A DNA stretch of 64,000 nt from Geopsychrobacteraceae bacterium. GTDB taxonomy: Bacteria; Desulfobacterota; Desulfuromonadia; Desulfuromonadales; Geopsychrobacteraceae. The stretch's first letter is position 1, and the number at the start of each line of letters is the position of its first letter. Below, one piece after another: positions 1 to 9,127 of this stretch. Location: NCBI GenBank assembly GCA_963662315.1, contig OY759353.1, positions 512,001-576,000 of the forward strand, written 5' to 3'. Both the position numbers and the translations under genes were made by a program. The notes under the pieces were generated by a model. The model ran no database searches and was not told the origin of the DNA. It saw nothing but the letters and a program-made list of their open reading frames with translations.

Positions 1-1179
1 CCTGTTAACGTTACTGGTAAACAGGTTGATAAAAGCCTGGTCTCCGTCAGTCGCCGGACCTGCACTCGGTAATAGCCCTGAAAAATACTTGTTAAGCATG
101 GCCGTTGAACGGCTGACAAGGTTACCCAGGTCATTCGCCAGGTCAGAGTTGATGCGATGAACCAGAGCGCTGTGTGAAAAATCGCCGTCAAGGCCAAAAG
201 GAACTTCCCTGAGCAGGAAATAGCGGATCGCATCGACACCATATTTATCGACGAGCATGTTAGGTTCGACAACGTTACGCAGGCTTTTACTCATTTTTTG
301 CCCTTCAACAGTCCACCAGCCATGAGCAAATACCTTTTTGGGCAACGGCAATCCAGCGGAAAGCAGGAAGGTTGGCCAGTAGACAGCATGAAAACGCAGG
401 ATATCTTTGCCGATAACGTGAATCGCCGGCCAGAATTTTTTAAAGTTGCCATCTTTGTCCTCAGGATATCCAAGGGCCGAGATGTAGTTGGTCAGGGCGT
501 CGAACCATACATAGATCACGTGCTTGTCATTCCCCGGAGTCGGAATTCCCCAGGAAAAGGATGTTCTTGAAATCGATAAATCGCGCAGCCCCTCACGGAC
601 AAAACTCAAGATTTCGTTGCGCCGTGATTTGGGTTGAATGAAGTCAGGGTTTGCTTCGATATGTTGCAACAGCTGATCCTGATATTTACTCATCCGGAAA
701 AAGAAGGACTCTTCTTTTAACTTGGTCGTTGGACGGCCACAATCAGGGCAGTTGCCATCAAGCAGCTGGGTTTCGGTCCAGAAGGTTTCACACGGGGTGC
801 AGTACCAGTCTTCATATTCACCCAGGTAAATATCATCTTTGGCCAGCAGCGACTTAAATTGCTCCTGTACAGTATGTTTATGGCGCTCCTGGGTGGTCCT
901 GATAAAATCAGTGTTGGATATATTCAGTTTTTTCCATAATGCCTGAAAGCGTTTAACGACCCGGTCAGCAAGCTCCAGAGGCGTTTCGCCATTGGCTTTG
1001 GCGGCGGTTTCAACTTTCTGGCCATGTTCATCTGTACCGGTCAGAAACGCGACTTCAAAGCCGCGGGCCCGCTTGTAACGGGCCAGTACGTCACAGGCCA
1101 GTGTTGTATAGGCATGGCCAATGTGTGGAACGTCATTTACATAGTAAATTGGCGTAGTGATATAGAACTTGTTATCCAT
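1..1179 (-). CDS. metG: Methionine--tRNA ligase (5' part; runs off the window)
   Basis: Not in the ORF track. Manual translation from ATG 1179 gives MDNKFYITTPIYYVNDVPHIGHAYT (HIGH motif), with QKMSKSL near 280-300 and a GGGAG RBS upstream. Confidence 0.97.
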   Translation of the reverse strand, partial: MDNKFYITTPIYYVNDVPHIGHAYTTLACDVLARYKRARGFEVAFLTGTDEHGQKVETAAKANGETPLELADRVVKRFQALWKKLNISNTDFIRTTQERHKHTVQEQFKSLLAKDDIYLGEYEDWYCTPCETFWTETQLLDGNCPDCGRPTTKLKEESFFFRMSKYQDQLLQHIEANPDFIQPKSRRNEILSFVREGLRDLSISRTSFSWGIPTPGNDKHVIYVWFDALTNYISALGYPEDKDGNFKKFWPAIHVIGKDILRFHAVYWPTFLLSAGLPLPKKVFAHGWWTVEGQKMSKSLRNVVEPNMLVDKYGVDAIRYFLLREVPFGLDGDFSHSALVHRINSDLANDLGNLVSRSTAMLNKYFSGLLPSAGPATDGDQAFINLFTSNVNR

Positions 1180-1228
1180 TGTTTAATGCTCCCGTTTTAT
1201 ATTCGAAAAGAATGACATGTCATCAAGA

Positions 1229-2332
1229 TCAGGAATTTGCATCCGGCCCTTTAGGCCGGGGGGGACGGCGTCTCGGTCTCTTGCGCCGGCGCTGTGGCTT
1301 GGTGTCCGGATCTGCTGTTTCTGCAGGAGTCTGAGTTTTCCCCCGGGGGTGCGTCTCAGGTTGTCGCCTGTCCTCGGTTTGTTCACGGTTTTGCTGTTTT
1401 GGGGGACGTCTGCTGTTGCGACTGTTGCTCCTCTGGGGTTGCGCCTGCGTAGCTTCAGTACTGGGTGCAGGCTGCGGTTTGTTCTGTGCTTTGGCAGCCA
1501 TCGGCTCAGGAGTCCCTTCGGCCTGCTGTGAAGCCTGCTGTAAATCATTGACATGCATGGTGCAGCGTTCGCCATCGTGACAGGCGAGGGTGACCTTTTG
1601 TGCCAGGATGTCAAGAGCGACAACTTCGGCTTTGCCGTCTTTCAATTGAATCTTTTTGCCACATTTGGGCAGTGCTTTTTTCAGGTCATTGTAGGTTTCA
1701 TACTCATAGGCTAAACAGCATAACAGTCGTCCGCACTGACCGGAAATTTTACTTGGATTCAGGGCGAGCCCTTGGGCTTTAGCCATTTTTACTGAAACCG
1801 GTGCAAATTCACGCAAATGTGATGCACAGCATAGTTCCCGGCCACAGATTCCCAGTCCTCCAACCAATTTCGCTTCATCACGAACGCCAATCTGGCGCAT
1901 CTCAATGCGTGTTCGATAATGTTGGGCCAGGTCCCTGACCAGTTCACGGAAGTCAATACGGCCGTCGGCGGTAAAGTAAAAAATAATTTTCGATCCGTCA
2001 AAAAGATATTCGGCGCGTACTAATTTCATGTCGAGATGACGTTGCTGAACTTTTTGCTGGCAGAACTTAAGGGCTTCCTGTTCACGCAACCCGTTATTGT
2101 CCGCCATTTGCATATCACTTTCATTGGCGATACGTAAGACAGCCTTAAGCTTGGGGGGGGCTTCTTCAGGAGCTATATCCCGTGGTTGGGTGATGACAGT
2201 TCCAAGAGCGCGGCCGCGTTCGGTCTCGACGACAACTTTGTCCCCCGGCTTGAGGTCGAGTTCCTTGACTTCGAAATCGAAGAGTTTCCCGGCACAATGA
2301 AACGAAATGCTGACTATTTTAATAGGTTCCAT
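1229..2332 (-). CDS. PSP1/RicT (YaaT, stage 0 sporulation family) protein with a long low-complexity basic C-terminal tail
   Basis: FYFTADGRIDFRELV, RIEMRQIGVRDEAK, CGRELCC and KISGQCGRLLCCL motifs; holB-PSP1-metG gene order. Confidence 0.93.
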   Translation of the reverse strand: MEPIKIVSISFHCAGKLFDFEVKELDLKPGDKVVVETERGRALGTVITQPRDIAPEEAPPKLKAVLRIANESDMQMADNNGLREQEALKFCQQKVQQRHLDMKLVRAEYLFDGSKIIFYFTADGRIDFRELVRDLAQHYRTRIEMRQIGVRDEAKLVGGLGICGRELCCASHLREFAPVSVKMAKAQGLALNPSKISGQCGRLLCCLAYEYETYNDLKKALPKCGKKIQLKDGKAEVVALDILAQKVTLACHDGERCTMHVNDLQQASQQAEGTPEPMAAKAQNKPQPAPSTEATQAQPQRSNSRNSRRPPKQQNREQTEDRRQPETHPRGKTQTPAETADPDTKPQRRRKRPRRRPPRPKGPDANS

Positions 2333-2367
2333 AAAACCTTTGTCCTTCAGTGTATTTGTATTTATAT

Positions 2368-3339
2368 TTATGCCGCAGCAATATTCAGGAGCATGACTTC
2401 CAGCGCTAATTGTCGATTGACATTACGCTGAAGGTGGTGGCGAGCCTTGTTCAGTTGGTCCAGCTTAATCTGAAGGCTTTGTTCCGAATGTTTCGCGGCT
2501 TCACGGTGCAGGAGTTCCTGCAGGTCAAGGTTAACCAGATCGGTGTCCGGGCGTCCATACTGCAGCAGCATGATATCACGAAAAAAGGCCTGGAAAATAT
2601 CCAGGTAGTCTTCAAGGTCGTCTTTATCTGCGGCCAGTTCTTCGGCAAATGTTAACGTCGGAATATTACTTCCTGCTGAAAGGCCTGACAAGGTTTGAAT
2701 CAGTTCTCGACGTTTTTCGAGATAAATACTCTGTTTGGTTCCCAGCGCCTTTTTGAAACTACCCTCAGATAAGGCCGCCAGGATCGCAATTTGTGTGGCA
2801 TCCAATTCCAGTCGGTTGCTGAGGACCGCTTCAATCTGATTTTTAGGCAAGCGCCGAAATGGCAGGCGTTGACACCGGGAGCGGATGGTTGTCAGCAATT
2901 TTTCGGGTTGGCCCGAAAGGAGAATGATAACGGTATCCGGTTGCGGTTCTTCCAGCGTTTTTAAAAGCGCATTGGCAGCGTTGGTGGTAAACTTTTCTGC
3001 ATTTTCAATCAAGCAGAACTTATACTGTCCTTCAAGTGGTTTTAAGATCAGTTGTTGCTGCAACTCCCTGACCTGGTCAATCTTTATTGTTGCCTCAAGG
3101 GTTTCTAGAATATGCACATCTGGATGAATATTGTTGTCAACTTTACGGCAGGCATGGCATTCTCCGCAGCCATTGTGCCGCTCGCATAGCAGGACCCGTG
3201 CAAAGGCCAAGGCCATCAGCCTTTTGCCAATACCGTCAGCTCCTTCGAACAAATAAGCGTGGGCTATTCTTTTATGAGCTATGGCGCGGCGCAGAATGTC
3301 TTTTTGCTGTTCATGGCCGATAATAGATGCGAAAGTCAT
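2368..3339 (-). CDS. holB: DNA polymerase III delta' subunit
   Basis: HAYLFEG.DGIGK, Zn cysteines CGECHAC, ANALLKTLEEP and TIRSRC motifs. Confidence 0.96.
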   Translation of the reverse strand: MTFASIIGHEQQKDILRRAIAHKRIAHAYLFEGADGIGKRLMALAFARVLLCERHNGCGECHACRKVDNNIHPDVHILETLEATIKIDQVRELQQQLILKPLEGQYKFCLIENAEKFTTNAANALLKTLEEPQPDTVIILLSGQPEKLLTTIRSRCQRLPFRRLPKNQIEAVLSNRLELDATQIAILAALSEGSFKKALGTKQSIYLEKRRELIQTLSGLSAGSNIPTLTFAEELAADKDDLEDYLDIFQAFFRDIMLLQYGRPDTDLVNLDLQELLHREAAKHSEQSLQIKLDQLNKARHHLQRNVNRQLALEVMLLNIAAA

Positions 3340-3527
3340 ATGCTGTATACTTTTCTATGATTCTGTGTCACGGATGGCAGCTTTAAAACCCGCAGGTGTA
3401 AGGCCATGTATCGTTTCTGCTCGGATATTATCAGTCCTGTCTGTTAAATAATCTGCCATTATAGATAGTCCTGAAGGGCATAATCAAGGATAAAGGCTTT
3501 TATTGCAGATGATTTAAGGCAAAGAAA

Positions 3528-3556
3528 TTGAACTGGCGGCGTCTTTTGGCTATACT
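3528..3556 (+). promoter_or_regulatory. Sigma70-type promoter of the rnc-era-der operon
   Basis: TTGAAC-N17-TATACT. Confidence 0.6.
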
Positions 3557-3603
3557 CCGCAGCAGTAATGCAACTGTATTGTGTAACGATTAACGGAGGA
3601 TTG

Positions 3604-4308
3604 GTGTCTGAATTTCTTGATTATCTGGAAAATGCGATAGGGTACAGTTTTCGCGATAAAAATTTACCTGTTCAGGCCCTGACCCATAAGTCGTTCAGCA
3701 ATGAACAGTCTGAACATGTTCCGCATAATGAGCGTCTTGAATTTCTTGGTGACGCTGTCCTTGAGCTTGTTATTTCGGAATGGGTGTATCGTTGTTATCC
3801 TGATATTCCTGAAGGTGGTCTAACTCGTATCCGGGCTGAGGTGGTCAGTGAAAAGGGGTTGGCGACAATAGCCCGCAAGATGAATCTTGGTCAGGGACTG
3901 AATCTGGGAAAAGGCGAGGAGCGTAGCGGCGGACGGGATAAGGCGAGTTTGCTTTCTGATGCTCTGGAAGCTCTGCTGGGGGCTGTTTTTCTTGAAGGCG
4001 GGTTTGCGGTCGTCTGTCAGGTGGGGGAGAAAATCTTCAGTGCTGCGGTCAGTGAGTCGGCTCAGCAACGTTATGGAAGTGATTATAAAACCTGTCTGCA
4101 GGAAAAGCTGCAGGCACACTACAATCAACTGCCTGAATATCAGCTAACTCAGGTTAGTGGACCCGATCACGACAGGGTTTTTTCGATGGAAGTGCGCTTT
4201 GCCGGTAAATTGCTCGGCAAGGGAATTGGTAGCAGTAAAAAGAATGCAGAACAAAAGGCTGCTGCTGCAGCCCTGGACCATCAGTTGGTCAGAGAGTTGA
4301 GTAAATGA
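3604..4308 (+). CDS. rnc: Ribonuclease III
   Basis: NERLEFLGDAVL signature and C-terminal dsRBD (DYKT.LQE, GPDH). Start is uncertain; GTG after GGAGGA was chosen. Confidence 0.97.
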   Translation: MSEFLDYLENAIGYSFRDKNLPVQALTHKSFSNEQSEHVPHNERLEFLGDAVLELVISEWVYRCYPDIPEGGLTRIRAEVVSEKGLATIARKMNLGQGLNLGKGEERSGGRDKASLLSDALEALLGAVFLEGGFAVVCQVGEKIFSAAVSESAQQRYGSDYKTCLQEKLQAHYNQLPEYQLTQVSGPDHDRVFSMEVRFAGKLLGKGIGSSKKNAEQKAAAAALDHQLVRELSK

Positions 4309-5207
4309 CAGATAGCAAATTCAAATCCGGTTTTATCGCCATTGTCGGGCGTCCGAATGTGGGAAAATCGACATTGTTGAACCGTATTCTGGGGCAGAAA
4401 ATTGCAATTACCTCCAATAAGCCCCAGACCACTAGAAACAGAATACTCGGGATTCATAATTATAGTGGGGGACAGGCGCTGTTTGTTGACACCCCCGGTA
4501 TTCATAAAGCTAAAAGCAAACTGAACAAGTTTATGGTTGATCAGGCTGTCGATGCCTGTGCCGATGTTGATATTGTCCTTTTTCTGGTTGAGGCACAAAG
4601 TCAGCCGGGGCCTGGGGACGAATTCGTACTACAGATGCTCAGTCGTATGAAAGTCCCGGTATATCTATTGATTAATAAGGTTGATCTGGTCGAACGAGAA
4701 AGTCTACTTGGGCTGATTGATACTTATCGCCAAAAATTTGCTTTTGCAGAAATTATCCCGGTTTCAGCACGTAACGGCGAGGGGGTCAAGACCCTTTTGG
4801 GGCTAGTTGAAAATCGCTTACCCGAAGGCCCGCGCTATTTTGATGAGGACGCTCTTACTGATCAGCCTGAACGCTTCATAGTCGCGGAAATGGTCCGGGA
4901 AAAAATCATGCGTCGTACCAGTGAGGAGATCCCTTACGGCGTTGGCGTAAAGGTTGAGTCATTTGAAGAAAAAACGCAGCAAAATCTCGTTGTCATTCAC
5001 GCTACTGTCCACGTTGAACGTGATAGCCATAAGAAGATAATTGTCGGTAAGGGCGGGCAGATGATCCGTAAACTGGGGGAAGAGGCCCGCAAGGATATCG
5101 AGCGTCTTCTTGCGACACGTGTTTACCTTGAACTTTTTGTCCGGGTAGATAAAGATTGGAGTCAGAGCGAGCGGATGCTGCGCGAGCTGGGCTATAGCCA
5201 AAAATAA
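4305..5207 (+). CDS. era: GTPase Era
   Basis: [17 protein letters not shown] and NKVD motifs plus KH domain (EEIPY, IVGKGG). Confidence 0.98.
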   Translation: MTDSKFKSGFIAIVGRPNVGKSTLLNRILGQKIAITSNKPQTTRNRILGIHNYSGGQALFVDTPGIHKAKSKLNKFMVDQAVDACADVDIVLFLVEAQSQPGPGDEFVLQMLSRMKVPVYLLINKVDLVERESLLGLIDTYRQKFAFAEIIPVSARNGEGVKTLLGLVENRLPEGPRYFDEDALTDQPERFIVAEMVREKIMRRTSEEIPYGVGVKVESFEEKTQQNLVVIHATVHVERDSHKKIIVGKGGQMIRKLGEEARKDIERLLATRVYLELFVRVDKDWSQSERMLRELGYSQK

Positions 5208-5235
5208 TAATTCTTTAGAAAGTACTTTAACTATT

Positions 5236-6555
5236 ATGTTGAAAATAGTTGCAATTGTTGGTCGGCCTAATGTTGGTAAATCGACTTTGTTTAATCGTCT
5301 GCTCGGTAAGCGTAAGGCGATTGTGGAAGATTTTCCCGGTGTTACCAGAGATCGCCATTATGCTGAGATTACCCGTTTTGACAAGCCTTTCCTGCTTGTT
5401 GATACAGGTGGTTTTGAGCCGGCCAGTGAGGATCGTCTGCTGTCGCAGATGCGTGAACAATCACAGATGGCCGTCGATGAAGCTGATATCATTGTTTACC
5501 TGATGGATGTACGGTCGGGTCTTACGCCGTCAGATATCGAAATAGCCCAGTTTCTGCGACGTACGGATAAGCCTGTATTGTATGTGGTTAACAAGGTCGA
5601 TGGCGACAATATGGAGTTGGCTGCCAGTGAATTCTACGGGCTGGGAATTGAGACCTTTTACACGTTGTCTGCTGAACATGGCCGGGGAATCACGGAATTA
5701 ATTGACGCGGTGCAGGATCTGTTGCCAGAAGGCCAGCACAAGAGCGATGTAAGTAATGAAATCCGCTTTTCTCTGGTCGGTCGTCCAAACGTCGGGAAAT
5801 CATCGCTGGTCAACCGTCTGCTCGGTTATGAACGGGTCGTTGCCAACCCGCAGGCTGGCACGACCAGGGACAGTATCGACACTCCTTTTACCTACAATGA
5901 CCAGCGCTATGTGCTCATCGATACGGCCGGGATCAGACGTAAAGGGCGGGTTAATGAGGCTCTGGAAAAGTACAGCGCCATTACCGCTCTTAAAGCTATG
6001 GATCGATCCCACGTTGTGCTGATGGTTATTGACGCGGAAGAAGGCGTTACCGATCAGGATCTGGCTGTTGCCGGCTATGCGTATGAAAAAGGGCGGGCAC
6101 TAATTTTGATTGTCAACAAGTGGGATCTTCCCGAAAAAGATAACCAGACGATGGGTAAGTTCATAGAAGAAATTAAACGGCGCTTCAAATTTTTACCTTT
6201 TGCGCCGGTTCTGTTCGTTTCTGCTTTGACCGGGCAACGGATTAATAAAATTATGGCACTGGTTGAATCCGTCGCGGCTGAGTTCGACAAGCGGATTCCG
6301 ACGCCGCAACTGAATCGAGGCCTTGAAGAATTTGTGGCCAAGCATCCACCTTCCATGGTCAATGGACATCGCATCAAATTTTATTATGCGGCACAGAACG
6401 CTGTACGGCCACCGACGATTACCCTGTTTACCAATCGACCGGATGACGTTCATTTCTCGTATCAGCGCTATCTTATTAATTGTTTCCGTGAAAAATTCAG
6501 TTTTGAGCAGGTGCCATTGCGTCTACAGTTTAAGGGTCGGGGAGATAAGGACTAA
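5236..6555 (+). CDS. der: Ribosome biogenesis GTPase Der (EngA)
   Basis: Two tandem G domains (GRPNVGKS twice, DTGG/DTAG, NKVD/NKWD). Confidence 0.98.
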   Translation: MLKIVAIVGRPNVGKSTLFNRLLGKRKAIVEDFPGVTRDRHYAEITRFDKPFLLVDTGGFEPASEDRLLSQMREQSQMAVDEADIIVYLMDVRSGLTPSDIEIAQFLRRTDKPVLYVVNKVDGDNMELAASEFYGLGIETFYTLSAEHGRGITELIDAVQDLLPEGQHKSDVSNEIRFSLVGRPNVGKSSLVNRLLGYERVVANPQAGTTRDSIDTPFTYNDQRYVLIDTAGIRRKGRVNEALEKYSAITALKAMDRSHVVLMVIDAEEGVTDQDLAVAGYAYEKGRALILIVNKWDLPEKDNQTMGKFIEEIKRRFKFLPFAPVLFVSALTGQRINKIMALVESVAAEFDKRIPTPQLNRGLEEFVAKHPPSMVNGHRIKFYYAAQNAVRPPTITLFTNRPDDVHFSYQRYLINCFREKFSFEQVPLRLQFKGRGDKD

Positions 6556-6574
6556 AAAAGGGGGGGGCGGCATT

Positions 6575-7636
6575 ATGACCGTTGAGGGATATCTTGAAGA
6601 TCTTGGTGTCTGTGAAATTCTTCAGGTACTGAGTCTGAGTAAGAAGTCGGGGACTTTACATCTGCTTTCTGGAGACCGTAACGGTAGTATTATTTTTTTA
6701 CAGGGACAGATTGTCCGCGCTACATCTAACCTCTTGCCCCAGGAATTGGGGCAGTTGCTGAAACATCATAAGCTGGTTACTGAGCAGCAACTGGAACAGG
6801 CCTTGGCCTACCAGGGACAACTTAAACAGCATCGACCTCTTGGGGATATTCTCAGCGGTTTGTTCCAGATTCCCGCAGCCGCTATTGAGCAGGTAATTGC
6901 CCGACAGATTGAAAAGGTTATCTTGAGTTTTGTCCCTTTACGCACCGGGACCTTTCGTTTTTCCCTTGAAGATCCAATCGTGTATGGCACTGCCAGTCTT
7001 AACCCGCTCGACCTGATGCTGGAAAAAGGTATGAGCCCGAGGCGTTTAGCGTTAAAAGGGCAGAAAAAGCTTGAACAGAAGACTTTTGATGAAGCCAGCC
7101 TTGATCGTGAACTGGCGGAAATCGATGAGCGGCACTCAAGCAAGGGCCTGGATCTGTTGCGTGGTATGCTGGCTGAATTGGAGCATCCCGAATTCAGTGG
7201 CGGTGTCGTGCTGCTGATTCTGCGCTATGCCAGTGAAATCATGAATCACGCGGTTGTTTTCGACCTGCGAGAAGATCACCTTGTCGGTATCGGCCAGTTC
7301 GGTCTCGAGGGGAATGGGGGATTGAATGCTGATGACTTGGTGCGCCGGATGAAGCTTTCTGTGACGCCGGATTCCGTTTTTTCTCAAGTAATAAGGACTA
7401 AGGAACCTTACTATGGGGCAAGCGGAACCAGTTGTGCCGAGATTGAACTGCTTAATTTGCTTGGGGATTCCTCTGCTAAGGTCTATTTGGCTCCATTGCT
7501 GAACAGTGGCCAGGTTGTGGCCATGCTTTATGGAGAGCTGATCACAGATGGGGTTGCGACTGCAAAGGTCGATGCTTTCAATGTGTTTCTGGCTCAGGCT
7601 GGGCTGGCTATCGAACAGGCGTTGCAAGGAAACTGA
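6575..7636 (+). CDS. DUF4388 (PatA-N-like) protein with MshEN-like repeat and C-terminal GAF-like region
   Basis: N-terminus EGYLEDLGVCEILQVLSLSKKSGTLHL...GSIIFLQGQIVRA; LGQLL..LVTEQQLEQALAYQ; PLLNSGQVVAMLYGE at the C-terminus. The real ATG follows a G-rich RBS; the track's longer ORF overlaps der. Confidence 0.8.
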   Translation: MTVEGYLEDLGVCEILQVLSLSKKSGTLHLLSGDRNGSIIFLQGQIVRATSNLLPQELGQLLKHHKLVTEQQLEQALAYQGQLKQHRPLGDILSGLFQIPAAAIEQVIARQIEKVILSFVPLRTGTFRFSLEDPIVYGTASLNPLDLMLEKGMSPRRLALKGQKKLEQKTFDEASLDRELAEIDERHSSKGLDLLRGMLAELEHPEFSGGVVLLILRYASEIMNHAVVFDLREDHLVGIGQFGLEGNGGLNADDLVRRMKLSVTPDSVFSQVIRTKEPYYGASGTSCAEIELLNLLGDSSAKVYLAPLLNSGQVVAMLYGELITDGVATAKVDAFNVFLAQAGLAIEQALQGN

Positions 7637-7710
7637 ATTGCTGCGGTCTACTTTTCTGAATCTTCTGTTATAGTTATATGTAACTATTTTAAGCAAGGAA
7701 GGGTACCTGC

Positions 7711-8076
7711 ATGCAGAAAAATATACTTATTGTTGAGGACGAAGAAAGCCTGTTGAAGCTGGAAAGTATTCTGCTGACAACCAAGGGCTACATGGTCAGG
7801 GGCGCAGTTACCGGGCCCGCTGCGTTAGAATCTATAGCTGAAGATCCTCCTGATCTGGTCCTGCTCGATATTATGTTGCCAGGACTCGATGGTTTCGAGG
7901 TTTGTCGACGGATTAAGACCTCTGCCGCCACGCGTCATATTCCTGTCATTTTGCTGACTGCGCGTAAGACTCCTGAAGATGTTGCCAAGGGGGCCGAAGT
8001 TGGTGCGGATGAGTATATTACCAAACCATTCAAATCGGCGCGGATAATGGAAACGATCGAGTCATATATTAAATAG
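7711..8076 (+). CDS. Single-domain response regulator (receiver only)
   Basis: ILIVEDE, LLDIMLP (phospho-Asp), LTA and YITKPF. Confidence 0.93.
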   Translation: MQKNILIVEDEESLLKLESILLTTKGYMVRGAVTGPAALESIAEDPPDLVLLDIMLPGLDGFEVCRRIKTSAATRHIPVILLTARKTPEDVAKGAEVGADEYITKPFKSARIMETIESYIK

Positions 8077-8109
8077 GAGCTTCGTGTCTGAAATAGTTTT
8101 TACGGATTT

Positions 8110-8136
8110 GCCCGGTTCATCCCCGGGCTTTTCTTT
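8110..8136 (+). terminator. Rho-independent terminator (candidate)
   Basis: GCCCGG-N7-CCGGGC followed by TTTTCTTT. Confidence 0.55.
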
Positions 8137-8280
8137 GTCTGGTATTTCGTGAAGGATATTGTTAAGATTATTCATTCATGAAAGATCATAGCCGATGTAA
8201 GTCGTTGGCTATTTTTTATTTTGTGGGCATGCCTGTTTTAAGATTTCTGAAGCTAGATAACGTTTGAAGGAAATATCAGA

Positions 8281-8664
8281 ATGTATTCAGCCCGGATCTT
8301 AGTTGCGGATGATTCACCGATGATGCGTCAATTTATTATTATGGCGCTACAGAGGGTTCCCGGTTTGCAGTTTGAAGAAGTCAGTGACGGGGTTACTGCG
8401 CTTAAAAAGATGGCAGAAGATAAATTTGATTTGCTAATTACCGATTTAAATATGCCTCTGATGAGGGGAGAGAAGTTAATCAGTCTTTTGCGTCGCGATG
8501 CGACCTATCTGAAACTGCCTATTATTATCGTTTCGACTGAAGGGTCAGACCTGACCAGGCAAAAGGCACTAGAGGCTGGAGCCAACGAATATATTACGAA
8601 GCCGTTACAGACGGCAGAGCTTGTCAATATTGTGCGGAGTCTGTTAAATCCTGAAAGTCTTTAA
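8281..8664 (+). CDS. CheY-like single-domain response regulator
   Basis: ILVADDS, LITDLNMP, IVST and YITKP. Confidence 0.92.
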   Translation: MYSARILVADDSPMMRQFIIMALQRVPGLQFEEVSDGVTALKKMAEDKFDLLITDLNMPLMRGEKLISLLRRDATYLKLPIIIVSTEGSDLTRQKALEAGANEYITKPLQTAELVNIVRSLLNPESL

Positions 8665-8745
8665 CCTCAGGGGCTTGACACTCTGCAATTTACATGCAAT
8701 AAGACGCCATTCACAAAAAAACTGTTTTTAATTCAGGAGGCAACG

Positions 8746-8964
8746 TTGGCTAAAGAAGAGGCAATTGAAGTAGAAGGGACCGTGGTTGAGCCATTGCCGA
8801 ATGCAATGTTTCGGGTCAAGCTTGATAATGATCATGTCGTGCTGGCACATATCTCCGGGAAAATGCGCAAATACTATATCCGTATTCTGCCTGGAGACCG
8901 GGTTACGGTCGAATTGTCACCCTATGATCTGACCCGTGGACGGATCACCTATCGTTCAAAGTAA
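8746..8964 (+). CDS. infA: Translation initiation factor IF-1
   Basis: [10 protein letters not shown]...AHISGKMR...[18 protein letters not shown] start after AGGAGG. Confidence 0.98.
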   Translation: MAKEEAIEVEGTVVEPLPNAMFRVKLDNDHVVLAHISGKMRKYYIRILPGDRVTVELSPYDLTRGRITYRSK

Positions 8965-9127
8965 TCCTTCTGAACGACTTATACCGTCTCAGAGCGAATG
9001 TCCCTTGGTGTGCCTGCGCTCCTGAACTCTTTGATTCTAACGATACCGGCCTGTGCCGGTTTTCGTGTATATAATCCATCTTCATATCTACGTTAAAAGT
9101 GGCGTTTGCGGGCGTCACGGAGGATTT

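Noticed and set aside
291..1215. Short ORFs listed in the first 1.2 kb
   Set aside because: They overlap metG, which the track missed because it runs off the window.
6323..6574. N-terminal extension of the DUF4388 ORF overlapping der (possible frameshift fusion)
   Set aside because: der ends normally, the extension is not protein-like, and a good ATG with RBS exists at 6575.
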